Made by a program: the position numbers and the translations under genes. Below the pieces are notes generated by a model. That model did not search any database. It had not been told where the DNA came from and worked only from the letters and a program-made list of their open reading frames with translations. A stretch of 62,858 bases of DNA, the filler included, from Reclinomonas americana ATCC 50394 (lineage: Eukaryota): the NCBI GenBank assembly GCA_048213135.1. It is 43 parts of 43 records of this genome, joined end to end, with 100 filler letters (N's around TTAATTAATTAA, not from the genome) between each part and the next. Parts side by side here need not be neighbours in the genome. Positions count along the whole stretch, not along the records: positions 49,853 to 51,210 come from AFZH01025758.1; positions 51,311 to 52,668 come from AFZH01025759.1; positions 52,769 to 54,124 come from AFZH01025760.1; positions 54,225 to 55,582 come from AFZH01025761.1; positions 55,683 to 57,040 come from AFZH01025762.1; positions 57,141 to 58,498 come from AFZH01025763.1; positions 58,599 to 59,950 come from AFZH01025764.1; positions 60,051 to 61,405 come from AFZH01025765.1; 35 more parts are not named here. One strand, written 5' to 3'. Shown here piece after piece: positions 49,853 through 62,120 of the stretch. Numbering within the stretch: position 1 is the stretch's first letter; each line of letters begins with the position of its first letter.

Positions 49853-51210
49853 CACAGAGTGAGCTGGCAAGCCAACAGTCACCACGTACTTGTGCGTGGC
49901 GAGGGGTTCACAGGAAGCAAGATGTACTGTGATATTCGTGTCGTGCGTGGTCAGAGCGGCGGTGCTGTGAGCAGTGCACGCGTCCTGTCGTCGCGGTACA
50001 TGGCATGTGTTGTTGGCGCGGCTGTGGATGTGGGTGAAGAGTGGGAGATTGGCGCGTCTCACAGTGGTGTTGAGAGCAGCGTCAGCGGCGGTCGACTGGA
50101 TCGGCCCGGGGCCGTTTGGCCTGTTGGCGTTGTACCGCAGTATGTGGCAGCAGTGGTGGGCGACAATGTGCACGTTGTGCTTGGCAGCGGCACCGATGTG
50201 GACAGTGCCGAGATCGGGTGGTGTCGGTTTGGAGACGAGTGTACACGGTCGGCACTGTTGTGAGCAGTGGCGAGATTGCATGTGCGGTGCCTGGGTTGCG
50301 AGCAGGCGGCGGTGTGTTGGTTGAGGTTGGCCTTGGCGGGTACGATGTTGCAGGTAGTCGCATCAATGTGGGGGTCGGCACTGTGGTGCAACTGAATGTG
50401 CAAGTGGGCAACATGACGGAGAGCTGGAGTGCGGCGCATTTGCGTCCGAGTCCGACGCGCGTTCTTGCCGAGGGCGGTTCACGGATTGCGGCGACGACTG
50501 GTGGCGTTTCAACGAGTGGTGTGGTTGACTTTGTTGTTGGTGGCAGCTCTGTGGGCGCAGCATGGGGACTTGATAGTGACACTGTTGAATGGGTGTTTAC
50601 GGCGCCGCAGCACAGCGAAGGGTTTGTGCCGATTGAAGTGAGCATGAATGGCCGTTCGTGCAGCGACGGACGCGGCAACGGCGTGGAGTATGTGCGAATG
50701 AGTGAGATGCATCGTGTGCGACCAGGTCGTGGCACGGCGGGGGCGAATGTGTTGCTGGCGGTGGAAGGGGAACACTTTGCACGTGACGAAGATGGCGGTG
50801 TATTCTGCAGCAGCAACGTCGACACGTGGACCAGAAGCAGTGTGAGCGGCAATGTGGGTACTACTGGACGCGGCGGTGGCACGAGTCAGTGGATGAGTGG
50901 CGGTGGTGCTGGCGCAGTGGCTCACCGTGCGCGTGCGGTTTCGAGTCGGATGATGTTCTGTGCGATGGAAGGTGTGCGGTCGAACAGTGCCAGTGTGGGT
51001 GGCAACGATGCAGGCAGCGTGCGACGGAGTGTGCGAGTGAGTGTGAACGGTCAGGAGTACACTGGTGGTGGAGGCGTGGTGTATGAAGAGCGAGCTGTGC
51101 TGCTGGTTGATGGTGTGCGTCCGAGTCGAGTGTCGAGTGACGGTGGGAGTGAAGTGGTGCTAGATGTGCGAGGACTGGATACGGGGGCTTTGACGGATGA
51201 GCTGTCGTGT
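49853..51210 (+). pseudogene. IPT/TIG-repeat surface protein with a 1-nt frameshift near 50238 (pseudogene or read error)
   Basis: IPT motifs VLVRGEGF, WCRFGDE/VYTVGTVVSSGEIACAVP, VPIEVSMNG, VRPGRG...VEGEHF and VRVSVNGQEYT; the frame switches at GGAGACGAGTGTACACG. Confidence 0.7.
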
Positions 51211-52443
51211 NNNNNNNNNNNNNNNNNNNNNNNNNNNNNNNNNNNNNNNNNNNNTTAATTAATTAANNNNNNNNNNNNNNNNNNNNNNNNNNNNNNNNNN
51301 NNNNNNNNNNTGCGGTGGTCTGGTTGGCCCACAGAGGAACCTGCAGGCCAGGTGTCAGATGCAACGAACGCAAAGCGTGCTGCGTGGCAAGAGGGACCTG
51401 ACGCTGGTCAACGCAACGAGACACTCCAGTGCAGACAGATTGCTCGGGTCGTGAGCCAGTGGCAGCATGGCGTGCGAAGTGTTCGCCTCGTGCAGCGCAG
51501 CAATCTTCTGCTGCAGCGGTGACGTGGCCACGACGGGAGGAGGAGGAGGCGGAGGGGACAGAGGAGGTGGTGGTGGTGGTGGAGGTGGAGGAGGAGGTGG
51601 TCGAGGCAGAGGTGCGGGAAGAGCAGCCGGCGACACACTGCCTGCAGGCATCTCATACTTGGAGGATGGCGGAGATTTGGCGGAGCGCGAGGCCCCACAG
51701 CCACCACCTCGAAGGGCGGCACGATGGCCACAGCCACCGTGCATACAGCTGGCGAAGGAAGAGAGAATGTGAGGGGGCAAGAAACAGAGAAACGAGAAGG
51801 AAGAAGAGAAAAGGAACAAAGTAGCGGCGCTCATGATCAGCCAAAAACCAGACTCACCCTTGCATGTCCACTGTGAGCAAGTGGCACACCGTGTGAGAGA
51901 GCAAGCTGGGCGGAGAGTCGATACGCAGCAACTGCGCGAGATACAACACGCCCGCTTGCAAACTGCAACTGTGAAGAATATTGTGGTGAATCTGTCGTGA
52001 ATCACCGTAACTCCGAGACCAGGACAAGCGGCCAGCTATCCCCCGGTGGCACCGATACATGCTGAAGTATAGAGCAGAGCAGTTCACCGCCAGCTCGTCA
52101 TGCAAGTCCAATCTCGACTTCGACTTCGATATCGACTTCAACTTCGAACTCCTCAGGGGCCTTCCGAGCTTTGCTGCAACGCCCCATCGACATGGTGGTC
52201 ATCATGATATGCACTTTGTTGCTGCCAGGGCCCAGTGCAAGGTGTGTGCGCATTGTGGTCGAAGTCAACTTTGACCAAGTCCCACCGCAACACACACGCA
52301 CACCCACACCCACACCCACACCCACACCCACACGCACGCAGACATTCTTGCACACGCACACACTTTCACTTTGTTTCATCCCACACCCACTCCCTCTCTC
52401 GCTCTCTCACACTTTTCCCCTTTGTTTTATCCGCACGAGCATC

Positions 52444-52668
52444 ATGGACGCTGTCAACAGTCAACGACTGGCAGCAGCAATTAAACGCTTCGCTGCGGCG
52501 ACGAAGGCGTCGACGGCTAGAGAATTCAACGAGGCAGCCGCACTCTTCGCCGAGTGCGTGCGCGATTTCACTGAGCTTCTTGGCCCGCACAATCAACAGT
52601 GGACGATCGCCTCGGTGATTCACCATTTTGAGTCTCTCGGGTGCATGGCCGACCGTACGCGCGCAGTT
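52444..52668 (+). CDS. Unknown helical (TPR-like) protein start
   Basis: MDAVNSQRLAAAIKRF...EAAALFAECVRDFTELLGPHNQQWT. Confidence 0.35.
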
Positions 52669-52768
52669 NNNNNNNNNNNNNNNNNNNNNNNNNNNNNNNN
52701 NNNNNNNNNNNNTTAATTAATTAANNNNNNNNNNNNNNNNNNNNNNNNNNNNNNNNNNNNNNNNNNNN

Positions 52769-53103
52769 ACATCGCCGGCCAGGTCGCCTTCCCGGAGATC
52801 GACGTGCGTCAGCGTCTGACCGTGTCGACCGGGTACGGGGTCGCCGAGCTGATGGTCCACGGTGCAGTCGACCTGGTGGGCAAGACCCTGGGTGAAGCGG
52901 GCCTCTGGGAGCGCGACATCACGGTTCTGACGCTGCACCGGGGTGTCAGCGTGATCCCGAACCCGCGCAAGCACGTCGTGCTCGAAGCCGACGACCGGCT
53001 CTTCTGCTTCGGCAAGCTCGACGAGATGCGCTCCATGGTCCCCGAGCGGCGCCGTCGCCGCGCCAAGGTGCGTCGCCTGCCGCGCCAACCGCTCTCAGAA
53101 TGA
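52769..53103 (+). CDS. C-terminal TrkA_C/RCK_C domain, probably of an actinobacterial RimK-family ligase, partial
   Basis: FPEIDVRQRLTVSTGYGVAEL...LVGKTLGEAGL..RDITVLTLHRG..VIPNP....VLEADDRL..FG. Confidence 0.7.
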
Positions 53104-53107
53104 ACGA

Positions 53108-53145
53108 AAGCGCGGCCGCTCGTCAGGACGAGGGCGGCCGCGCTT
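53108..53145. terminator. Probable bidirectional intrinsic terminator between convergent genes
   Basis: Inverted repeat AAGCGCGGCCGC(53108-53119)...GCGGCCGCGCTT(53134-53145), with additional inner pairing. Confidence 0.7.
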
Positions 53146-53166
53146 CTCGAGGCGGATGTCGCGGGA

Positions 53167-53879
53167 TCAGCGCGGTCGCTGAGCGCGGACCTTCGTGGGG
53201 TCGATGCCCTTCGGGATCGGCAGCGAGGACAGCGACTGCGACACGGAGTCGATGCGCCGGATGACCGCGGCCATGGTCGTCTTGTCGATCGCCTTGGGGA
53301 GCTTCTTGATGGTCTTCGAGAGATCGGCGATCGCGACCTCGTCTTCTCCGTGGCCGACGTACAGGACCGTGACGGGGACGCCGTGCGCGACGCGCTGCGC
53401 CTTGCTGCGCTCCTCGTTGACGAGACGGGTCAATCGTCCGCGAGCTCCTTCGCCGACGACGACGATGCCTCCGCGGCCCACGGTGCGGTAGACCGCCTCC
53501 TGTGTCTTGGGGTTGATCCCGACAGGGGTCTCCGAGGCCTGCCAGCTGCGGCCGAGGCTGGTGCTGAGCACGTGGCCGGTCGCACCGGGCATGCCGTCGA
53601 TCTTCGTGTACATCGCCGACGTCGACAGCCGCGTCATCAGGAAGAGCGCGCCGAGCACGCCGAGCATCAGACCGGTGATACCCCAGAGCACGAGCGTCCA
53701 GATCTGGAACGGCGGGATCAGGTAGCCGGCGACGAGACCGAGGAGCACGCCGATGAGGAGGATCCCCCACTGGAGCCACGGGGAGCCACGGGGTAGGCCT
53801 CACGAGTGAACCGGAAGAGGGACTTGATCTGGGAGAAGAACCCAGGACGCTTCTCGGGTTCGGGAGCACGCTTTGCCAT
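53167..53879 (-). CDS. DUF4191 membrane protein with an apparent +2 frameshift near 53780-53795
   Basis: MAKRAPEPEKRPGFFSQIKSLFRFTREAYP then IDGMPGATGHVL, AVYRTVGRGGIVVVGEG and LPIPKGIDP; span 713 = 711+2; two C4 runs where C3 would give YPWLPWLQ. Confidence 0.85.
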
Positions 53880-53886
53880 GAGGACC

Positions 53887-53892
53887 AGCCTA
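53887..53892 (-). promoter_or_regulatory. -10 box of a probable leaderless promoter for the DUF4191 gene
   Basis: TAGGCT lies 7 nt before the ATG with no Shine-Dalgarno, a typical actinobacterial leaderless layout. Confidence 0.5.
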
Positions 53893-54042
53893 CCCAGTTC
53901 GCGGATGCCGTGATGTCGAGTTCGCGCCCAGCGGAGCGCCAACCGACCGGACTCTTCCTCCACATTGGCCGGGATCGCGCCATTCCATCCACATCGATGC
54001 CGATCAGTCCCTCGCGGGGTCGCTGTCGGCTGTGATGGGGAC

Positions 54043-54124
54043 ATGGCAGATGTCGAGATCGAAGACCGGGGCACCGCGCTCCTCCCGGGAGCTCATCGTG
54101 TGGTCCGCGTTCTCGATCCGACAG
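54043..54124 (+). CDS. Actinobacterial hypothetical protein start, partial
   Basis: MADVEIEDRGTALLPGAHRVVRVLDPT, running off the contig. Confidence 0.4.
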
Positions 54125-54248
54125 NNNNNNNNNNNNNNNNNNNNNNNNNNNNNNNNNNNNNNNNNNNNTTAATTAATTAANNNNNNNNNNNNNNNNNNNN
54201 NNNNNNNNNNNNNNNNNNNNNNNNTCGTTGTCGTTGTTGTGTGAGTAG

Positions 54249-54329
<81 letters not shown>

Positions 54330-54336
54330 GCTTGCT

Positions 54337-54870
54337 CACCAAAAGCACGGCCACTCGAGTTGAGTGGGGGAGTGCGATTGTTCTCCGCAAAGCGCGTTGC
54401 GACTGCCTCCAGTCCATGCACCACACGCAGACGCGCATCAGGCAAGAAGGAGGCGGAGCCGGTGAGGTCCTCGACAGAGAAGAGACGCTGCTCGGCAACT
54501 CCCAGTGACTTGCACTCGGCGAGGAATTGCCGCACATTCTCCGCGTTGGCCGCCTGCCCACCGCCCTCGCGCACTGCAACAGCCGCGCCGGGGTTTACCT
54601 TCTTCACCAGTGCAAGCAGCACCTGTGAGAGAGAGAGAGAGTGCGTCTGTCTGTGAGAGGAGTCGCGACATGTTTGCGCGTGAGTGTTGACAACACACGC
54701 GCTCAACTTTGCCATCGCGCAGCAATGTGAGCAGATCGTCCGAGGGTGAGCCGCCAATGGCACGCCCGAGCACTGTCTCCAGCCACGAACGCACGTCGCG
54801 TTGAAGCGCAAGAGTATCCGCAGACACGGCACTAAAGACGAGGAATAGTGTGAGAGAGATGGCGCGCCAT
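54337..54870 (-). CDS. Calponin-homology domain protein, 5' exons
   Basis: VRSWLETVLG...LLTLLRDGK|VLLALVKKVNPG...ENVRQFLAECKSLGV....LFSVEDL. Confidence 0.85.
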
Positions 54871-55068
54871 TGTTGCAAGCAAAATAGGAAAAAATGAGTG
54901 CGTGAAAGGAGCGCGTGTGCAGCTGCTGCATCTGGCTTGAGTGCGCGCGTGTGTGCGTGAGTGTGGGGTCAGTGCACGCAACGCCATGAGTGATTTTGAA
55001 TGAGAGGGACAGATGGCGCGCGGGACAGTGGTGCCCGCGCGCTGGAACTGTCCATCGCACACCACACA

Positions 55069-55582
55069 ATGGCCACCGCAATGGAGACCGATGTGCCCAC
55101 AGGGCCACCGAAGAAGCCGGCAGGTGCAGTACGCAACACACACACACGCGCGCGCAGAGGAAAGAAAGAGAGAGAAAGTTGTCACGTGCGCGCGCCATAT
55201 GCCTCTCCAATGTCACGCGCAAGCACACACGCGCGCAGCCTCGTGTTGCAACACTGTGCATCGCGCGACAGGAGAGAGTGCACATTCAGTTGCACTCTGC
55301 AGTGTCCACATGTGAATTGACATGTTGTCTCTCTCTCTCTTTGTGTGTGTGACACAACAGGTATCATCTATCCGCCACCCGATCTGCGTGTGATTGTGGA
55401 CAAGACGGCGCAGTTTGTGGCCAACAACGGCAAGGAATTCGAGCGCAAAGTCATGAGCAACGAGAGCGCCAATCTCAAGTTCCAGTTCCTGTTCGAGATG
55501 AACCCGTACCACGCCTACTACGACTACAAGGTCAAGGAGTTTGAGCATGAGAAGCTGATGCAGGCGCAGAATGGAGGCGCCG
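55069..55582 (+). CDS. SF3A1: Splicing factor 3A subunit 1 (SURP1), 5' exons
   Basis: MATAMETDVPTGPPKKPAG|IIYPPPDLRVIVDKTAQFVANNGKEFE...KFQFL...NPYHAYYDYKV; head-to-head with the CH gene. Confidence 0.93.
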
Positions 55583-55682
55583 NNNNNNNNNNNNNNNNNN
55601 NNNNNNNNNNNNNNNNNNNNNNNNNNTTAATTAATTAANNNNNNNNNNNNNNNNNNNNNNNNNNNNNNNNNNNNNNNNNNNN

Positions 55683-57040
55683 GTTCGGCCAGTGTGACGC
55701 CACTCTTCTCCCTGTCGCTAAGGCGAGGTGCGTTGCCAGCCTCGGTCTCGTTGGCCCTTGAGCCACTCGAGGACGGAGGGGGGTTCTGCGGTTCGCCTCC
55801 TGTCTCCTGCTGCCGGAGTGCCTGGGCCGAATCGCAGCGTCCAAGAACACGGGTAGCACGTGCTATGAGCGCCTGCAATCGGTACGGGACTGGGCTGGGA
55901 GGAGCAGCAAGGGGAGGTGTGCCTAAGCGGGGTTCCGACATTGTCAACGCAGCAACGTCTTTTGAGGTGGTCTGCTTCCCAGAGACCACGTCGCTGCGTT
56001 GGGCATCGCCCATTGAAGCGGCACCATCACCGTGGTGTGCCGCAGGCGAAGATTCCTGTGTCACCAGGAAAGGTGGGCTGTCCACACCGGCGTTGCCGTC
56101 GGGTGAGAGAGCACCGTTGCTGCTTCCGCCATCCTGTTCAAGGGTGGCAGGCGGTTGAGTGCGCGGGGGCACCGGTGACACATTGTCGGTGACAGCCAGA
56201 TGATGAGGTTGATTGGCCGTCGCAACTGCCTCGCGCCCGTCAATGCTGCCACTGCCCTCAAGGCTGGCAGCGGCTTGCGCGGTTGCAGTTGTTGTGGTTG
56301 TGGTGGTGATGAGCTGTTGACCACGAACCTCCGTCAGCCGTGTCGACTCACTTCCAGAGTGGGAGTCGTCGACAACGGGCGACGGTTCGCCATCGCCGTC
56401 TCGATGCACTCGCTCCTCGGGGCAGGCCGCTGAGCGGGCGGCTGCACTACCGGCGGAACGACCACGTGCATGGAAGACCTTGAGTGGCGAGACAAGCGGC
56501 AGTCCACTACTGCGAGTGGATTGAGCCGGTGTCGAAAGAAGTGCACTTGATCTTGCACTTGTCTGCGCGCCGGCAGCAGGTGCGTGCGAGTATGTTGAGC
56601 TGGTGGCACAGCTCTCAACTGCGATCAGCGCCACGCCGTTGACGAGACCAGAAGACTGATTATCATCAATGCGGCGTGACCCTTTTACGTCATCCTCAAT
56701 CTCTACGCCCTCTCCGTCACCAGCAGCCGGTGACGGTGTCTCAGGTGCAGTAGAAGACTCGCGAGGTGGCATGGGGAGCATGAGCACTGGTTGTTGGGCA
56801 ACAGTAGCAGTGGACGTTTCCAGTGCGTTTCTGTTTCCCGCCGAGCGTGGTGCAGCGGTGAACGACTCGCCGATCGTTGACGGCCCACCCGCCTCGGCGG
56901 GAGGCTCACCGTTGTCGTGCGGTGTAGCCAGCCCACAGTGCTCTGCCGACGGTAAAGGAGGAGGGCGGTCAACGTGCTCAGAGAGCGCGTTGGAGTCCAA
57001 ATTGGACTCTGCCATCGCTCTCACAAGAAGCGAGAGCGAA
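55683..57040 (-). CDS. Long intronless Ser/Pro/Ala-rich disordered region of an unknown protein
   Basis: Frame open across essentially the whole contig; no recognisable domain. Confidence 0.5.
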
Positions 57041-57140
57041 NNNNNNNNNNNNNNNNNNNNNNNNNNNNNNNNNNNNNNNNNNNNTTAATTAATTAANNNN
57101 NNNNNNNNNNNNNNNNNNNNNNNNNNNNNNNNNNNNNNNN

Positions 57141-58400
57141 GGGGAAGAAGAAGAGGCGGAGAAGGAAGGGATGCAGAGGAAAAAGAGCGGTGAAGAAAAA
57201 AGAGAGCGGGAGTGGGAAGAGGAAGAAAAAGAGAAAGAGGCGAAGAAGGAGAGGATGCAGAGGGAAAGGAGCGGTGAAGAAAAAAGGAAAGGGAGTGGGA
57301 AGAGGAAGAAAAAGAGAAAGAGGCGAAGAAGGAAAAGATAAAGAGGGAAGGAGCGCGCGAGGAAGAGGAAGAAAGCCGAAACGATAGACAGAGAAAGAAG
57401 GCAAGAATATGAATGGCGGTGATATGCAACGATGGAGGAAAGGAGAGAGGCGCGCGGTAGGAGAGCAAAGAAGACAGGAAGAACAGAGAGAGAAAAAAGG
57501 TGGCGTGAGAGAGATGAAGTCGAGAAAGGAAAGGAAGTAGCGTGATCAGCAAACGGCCGAAAATCACCGCCACACACGCACACATACGGTGAAGAGGTAC
57601 ATGGAGAAGGAATAGAGGGAGAAGAGATGCAAAGAGAGAGCGAGAGAGTGTGCAATGCAGGCGGGGCGGCTGAATAGCTGCATATGCATGAACACGCGGT
57701 GCACCGGCGAATCCATGCACGAAGACATTCAAGGATAGAGGGAAGGGAGGAGAAGAGAGCAAAGACAGGAAGGAAGGAAGGGAGGAAGGGAGCGTGATTC
57801 GTATCGGAAGAATGGTGCAATCACGCGGAGCACTGGCAAATGCATGCACACAGACACACAGCCGTGCTCTCACCAAGAGAGGAGGAGGAGGAGAGGGAGA
57901 AGAGAGTTGAGAGAGAGAGAGAGAAAGGGAGGTGAATAGGGAGAGGTGAAGAGGAGGAAGAATTGTGTAACCAAGCGGAGCAATGGCGAGACAATGCACG
58001 TAGACACGCAACTCGTACGGAGAGAGAGGAGGAGGAGAGAAGAAAAAGAGAGGCAGGGAGAAGAGAGTTGAGAGAGAGGAAGGGAGGTGAATAGGGAGAG
58101 AGTACGTGGGAGGAAGAATTGTGCAATCATGCGGAGCAATGGCGAGTCAATGCACGTTTAGCAAGAGAAGCGACGAGAATGAGTGAAAGCGAAAGAGGGG
58201 AATAAAACAGGAAATGCACAGCAATGCGAGTGGGCGGAATGGTATGCATCAGGCGATTCCACGCACGCAGACACACACACAGTCGTGCTCTCAGCAAGAG
58301 AGGTGGACGAGGAGAGGAAGGGAGGCGAAGAGGGATGCGTGTCAGCGGAAGAACTGTGCAATCACGCGGGGCAATGCACGAAAACACACAACACGTATGA
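57141..58400. repeat. Purine-rich region with degenerate tandem repeats
   Basis: GAAGAATTGTGCAATCA.GCGG.GCA core near 57807, 57957, 58113 and 58348; an ~84-bp duplication at 57150-57330. Confidence 0.65.
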
Positions 58401-58834
58401 CGAGAGAGGAGGAGGAGGAGGAGAGGGAGAGAGAAGAGAAGAAAGGGAGAGGAACGGAGGTAAAGAGAAAGGAAGGGAGGAAGGGAGGAAGGGAGGAANN
58501 NNNNNNNNNNNNNNNNNNNNNNNNNNNNNNNNNNNNNNNNNNTTAATTAATTAANNNNNNNNNNNNNNNNNNNNNNNNNNNNNNNNNNNNNNNNNNNNGT
58601 CGGCCGGTGGAGTGCGGATGCCGTCACACGCGTCACCGACCAAGAGCGACGCGGCCTCCTCCACCAAGCGCTCCGGATCGGCCGTCACTGAGGCCGCCTC
58701 CCCGTCACCGGCCTCTGCTGTGCCAATGCCACTACCACTACCACTGCAAGGTAGTTGGGGAGGAGCAAATGCGCGCGCTGGCGAACTTGTGTGGCAATCT
58801 TGGAGTGACATTGATTTTGTTTGTGTGCGGTGCA

Positions 58835-59718
58835 GGGTCAACCGGATCGTCAGCGCACTCGGCCGATCGGCATGCAACCTCAGCCTCCTCACTGTCGCCG
58901 CCGCCGCGAGCGTTGTTTGATAGTGAGGAGGGCCACGACAAGGTGGCAGAAGAGCTCAAGCGACGCTCCGATGCCACATCTACAGTTGCGGCGGAGTCAG
59001 TTTCTGTGCCGTTTCGCGCTTCTTTCTTGCTCACGATGTTGACGGTAGATTGAGGCTATGCTCTCCACGGTGGAGGAGTTCATGACAGAGAATCTGTTCA
59101 ACGAGGACGAGGCGCAGATCATGGGCATTGATTTGCTGGATGGTGAATACGGAGGGACGCTGTCGGCGCGACTCGCCCGCGGTGCGTACTCCTCCTCCAT
59201 GCGCCACAACGCACAGCTTTGCTTATCACTTTGTGTGTTCATTTGCCTGCCTCGTAGAGCGCGACCTCATGGGCCTCATTGAGATCGCCGACATCAAGCA
59301 ACGTGAAGGCTCGAGCGCCAATGCAGGGGCGGTGTTGGAGGAGAAAGCATTCGCGAAGCGTGAAGAGGTAAGTGCGAGAGAGTAGCAATCGCTACGCACG
59401 AATGAGATGCACGAGCCGGTTCTCACTCGTGACACGCCGGGCTTGGCGGCGCAGTTTATGCGAGAGAGTCGGTTCCAAGTCGACACGCTGCTGTTGCTCC
59501 GAGACCGCCGACTCGAGGAGCTCAAGCAGCCCATCAAGGAGCTGGAAACGTGGGCAGCCAAGACCGACGCTCCGAGCTACTCGATGACGGAGGAGGGCGC
59601 AGTAATGCAGGTCAACGCCATGGATGCCGACGCGATGGGCGACCTGGTGCAGCACGTGGCCAGCAACATTCGCGTGTTGGCCGAGGCACTCAGGCTGTAC
59701 AGCGGCACACAGAAGCAA
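58835..59718 (+). CDS. Unknown multi-exon helical protein, partial
   Basis: Exons FDSEEGHDKVAEELKRR, MLSTVEEFMTENLF, ERDLMGLIEIADIK and FMRESRFQVDTLLLLRDRRLEELK. Confidence 0.45.
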
Positions 59719-59743
59719 GGTACGACACCATCATAGGCGAAGC

Positions 59744-59840
<97 letters not shown>

Positions 59841-60050
59841 GTCGTCGTGGTGTAGAGGAGAGAGAGAAGACGACGAGACGACGACGACGACGACGACGAC
59901 GTACGTACGTACGGTACGGTACGGTACGGTACGGTACGTCGGTCGGTACGNNNNNNNNNNNNNNNNNNNNNNNNNNNNNNNNNNNNNNNNNNNNTTAATT
60001 AATTAANNNNNNNNNNNNNNNNNNNNNNNNNNNNNNNNNNNNNNNNNNNN

Positions 60051-61405
60051 ACGATCAACGAAGGTATGTTTTGTGTTCTGTTTTTCTCTGCAGACAGGTT
60101 CTTATGCGGCGCATTGCAGTGAATGTTGCACCGACGGACATTTCACTGACGGCGACGACATATACACCGCCGACCACCGCCAATCTTGTGATTGGTAGCC
60201 TGTCGACGACCGATGCCAACTCGGCGCAGACGTTCACGTACACGATTGTGGGTGGAGCGAATGCGGCCATGTTCAACATCTCTGGTGCCCAGCTGCGCAT
60301 CACAACTGCGGGTCAGAATGGAACTGGCTTGGTGGTGACTGTGCGATCGACGGACAGTGGCAGTGGATCGCTGTTCTTTGACAAGACATTCACAATCAAC
60401 GAAGGTGTGTTGTTGCAGGCAATTCACTGGTGATTTTAGCTCGTCGTGTGTCTCACGCACGTCTCCTGTACAGTGAATGTTGCGCCGACGGACGTTGTGC
60501 TTTCGTCTGTGACGTACTTGCCGCCGACCACGGCCAATGTGGCCGTCGGTTCGCTTTCCACCGTGGACGCGAATTCATGCCAAACGTACACGTACACGAT
60601 TGTGGGTGGAGCGAATGCAGCCATGTTCAACATCTCTGGCGCCCAGCTGCGCATCACGACAGCCGGGCAGAATGGAACTGGCTTGGTTGTGATTGTGCGA
60701 TCGACGGACAGCGGCAGTGGATCGCTGTTCTTTGATAAGACCTTCACGATCAACGAAGGTGTGTGCTTGCAGATCTATGTTGTGTGCATGTGCTTGTCCA
60801 CTCATCGTCGATATTTGCAATTGCAGCCAATGTCGTACCCACGGACATCACAATGTCGATCGCGGCATACACGCCGCCGTCCACATCTAATATGGTTGTT
60901 GGCAGGCTGTCGACGACTGATGCCAATTCATGCCAGACGTACACGTACTCAATTGTGGGCGGAGCGAATGCGGCCGTGTTCAACATTTCTGGCGACCAAC
61001 TGCGCATCACTGCGGCTGGGCAGACGGGCAATGGACTGGTGGTTATTGTGCGCACCACCGATAGTGGCAGCGGGTCGTTGTTCTTTGACAAGACGCTTGT
61101 CATTGACGAAGGTGCGGAGCAAGATAGTTTGATTGAGCTGTTGTTGCGTTCGGCGACTTATCAAGCGTTGCGAATGACCCACAGCCAACGTCCCTCCGTC
61201 GGACATTGCGCTGTCGGCGACAATGTACACGCCGCCGACCACCGCCAATGTCGTGGTCGGCGCTCTGTCGACAACCGATGCCAACGCGAGCCAGTCGTTC
61301 ACGTACTCGATTGTGGGTGGAGCGAATGCGGCCATGTTCAACATCTCTGGCGCTCAGCTGCGCATCACGACAGCCGGTCAGAATGGAACTGGCTTGGTGG
61401 TAATT
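60051..61405 (+). CDS. Cadherin-like repeat protein, one 95-aa domain per 285-nt phase-1 exon, partial
   Basis: Exons 60120-60404, 60474-60758, 60827-61111 and 61185 onward; each NVAPTDI.L...VG.LST.DAN..QT(F/Y)TY.IVGGANAA.FNISG.QLRIT...VR(S/T)TDSGSGSLFFDKT..I(N/D)E. Confidence 0.85.
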
Positions 61406-61505
61406 NNNNNNNNNNNNNNNNNNNNNNNNNNNNNNNNNNNNNNNNNNNNTTAATTAATTAANNNNNNNNNNNNNNNNNNNNNNNNNNNNNNNNNNNNNNN
61501 NNNNN

Positions 61506-61975
61506 GCTGCAGAAGGCCCAACTTGAGTGCAAGCTGAACAAAACCAAGGAACGCAAGCAGCAGCTGAAGGCCGAACTTCTTGAGCAACGTCAGCAGGCAG
61601 AGATGCGCGAGAAGCAGCTCATGGCCGCAACCTTCGAGCTCAAGCTGAAACCCGAGGTCCGCGAGGTGAAACTGCAGATGCTGCTGGTTTGTTGCAATTG
61701 GCTGTGCTTTGCACATGGGGTCAAACTGTGCACTGATCGAATCGCTGCAGTGCTCGGCGCTGCACGAGCGGATCGAGGACATTGTGAAGTGGATAGGCAT
61801 CCGTCGCCTCGAGATGGAGGAGATGAAGGCGTTTTTTCGCCAAATATCGCCGGCGCAGCGCGCGGTCGAGGATTTGAAGTTCAAGCGGCATTTTTCGGAG
61901 ATGTGCGACTACGAGACCATGTTGTCTGCTCTGCGCTCCCGGGTCGACCGACTCACTTCTTCCTTTCAGTACTGA
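61506..61975 (+). CDS. Coiled-coil protein, 3' exons
   Basis: LQKAQLECKLNKTKERKQQLKAELLEQ...|CSALHERIEDIVKWIG...LTSSFQY*. Confidence 0.45.
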
Positions 61976-62120
61976 GTGGCGCGCGCTTGATCGTATCCAC
62001 CTCGGCCTTTTCTCTCGATTGCTGTCTGTTCTTCTCGTTGCGATTGGACGACATGTAAGCGTTTGCGTTAATGTAGTTGAGATTGATATCCATCATCGTC
62101 TACAGTTTTCTCTCCCCTTC

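Noticed and set aside
62001..62011. CTCGGCCTTTT resembling the U2 snRNA 5' region
   Set aside because: The following GGCTAAGATCAAGTGTAGTA branch-pairing sequence is absent.
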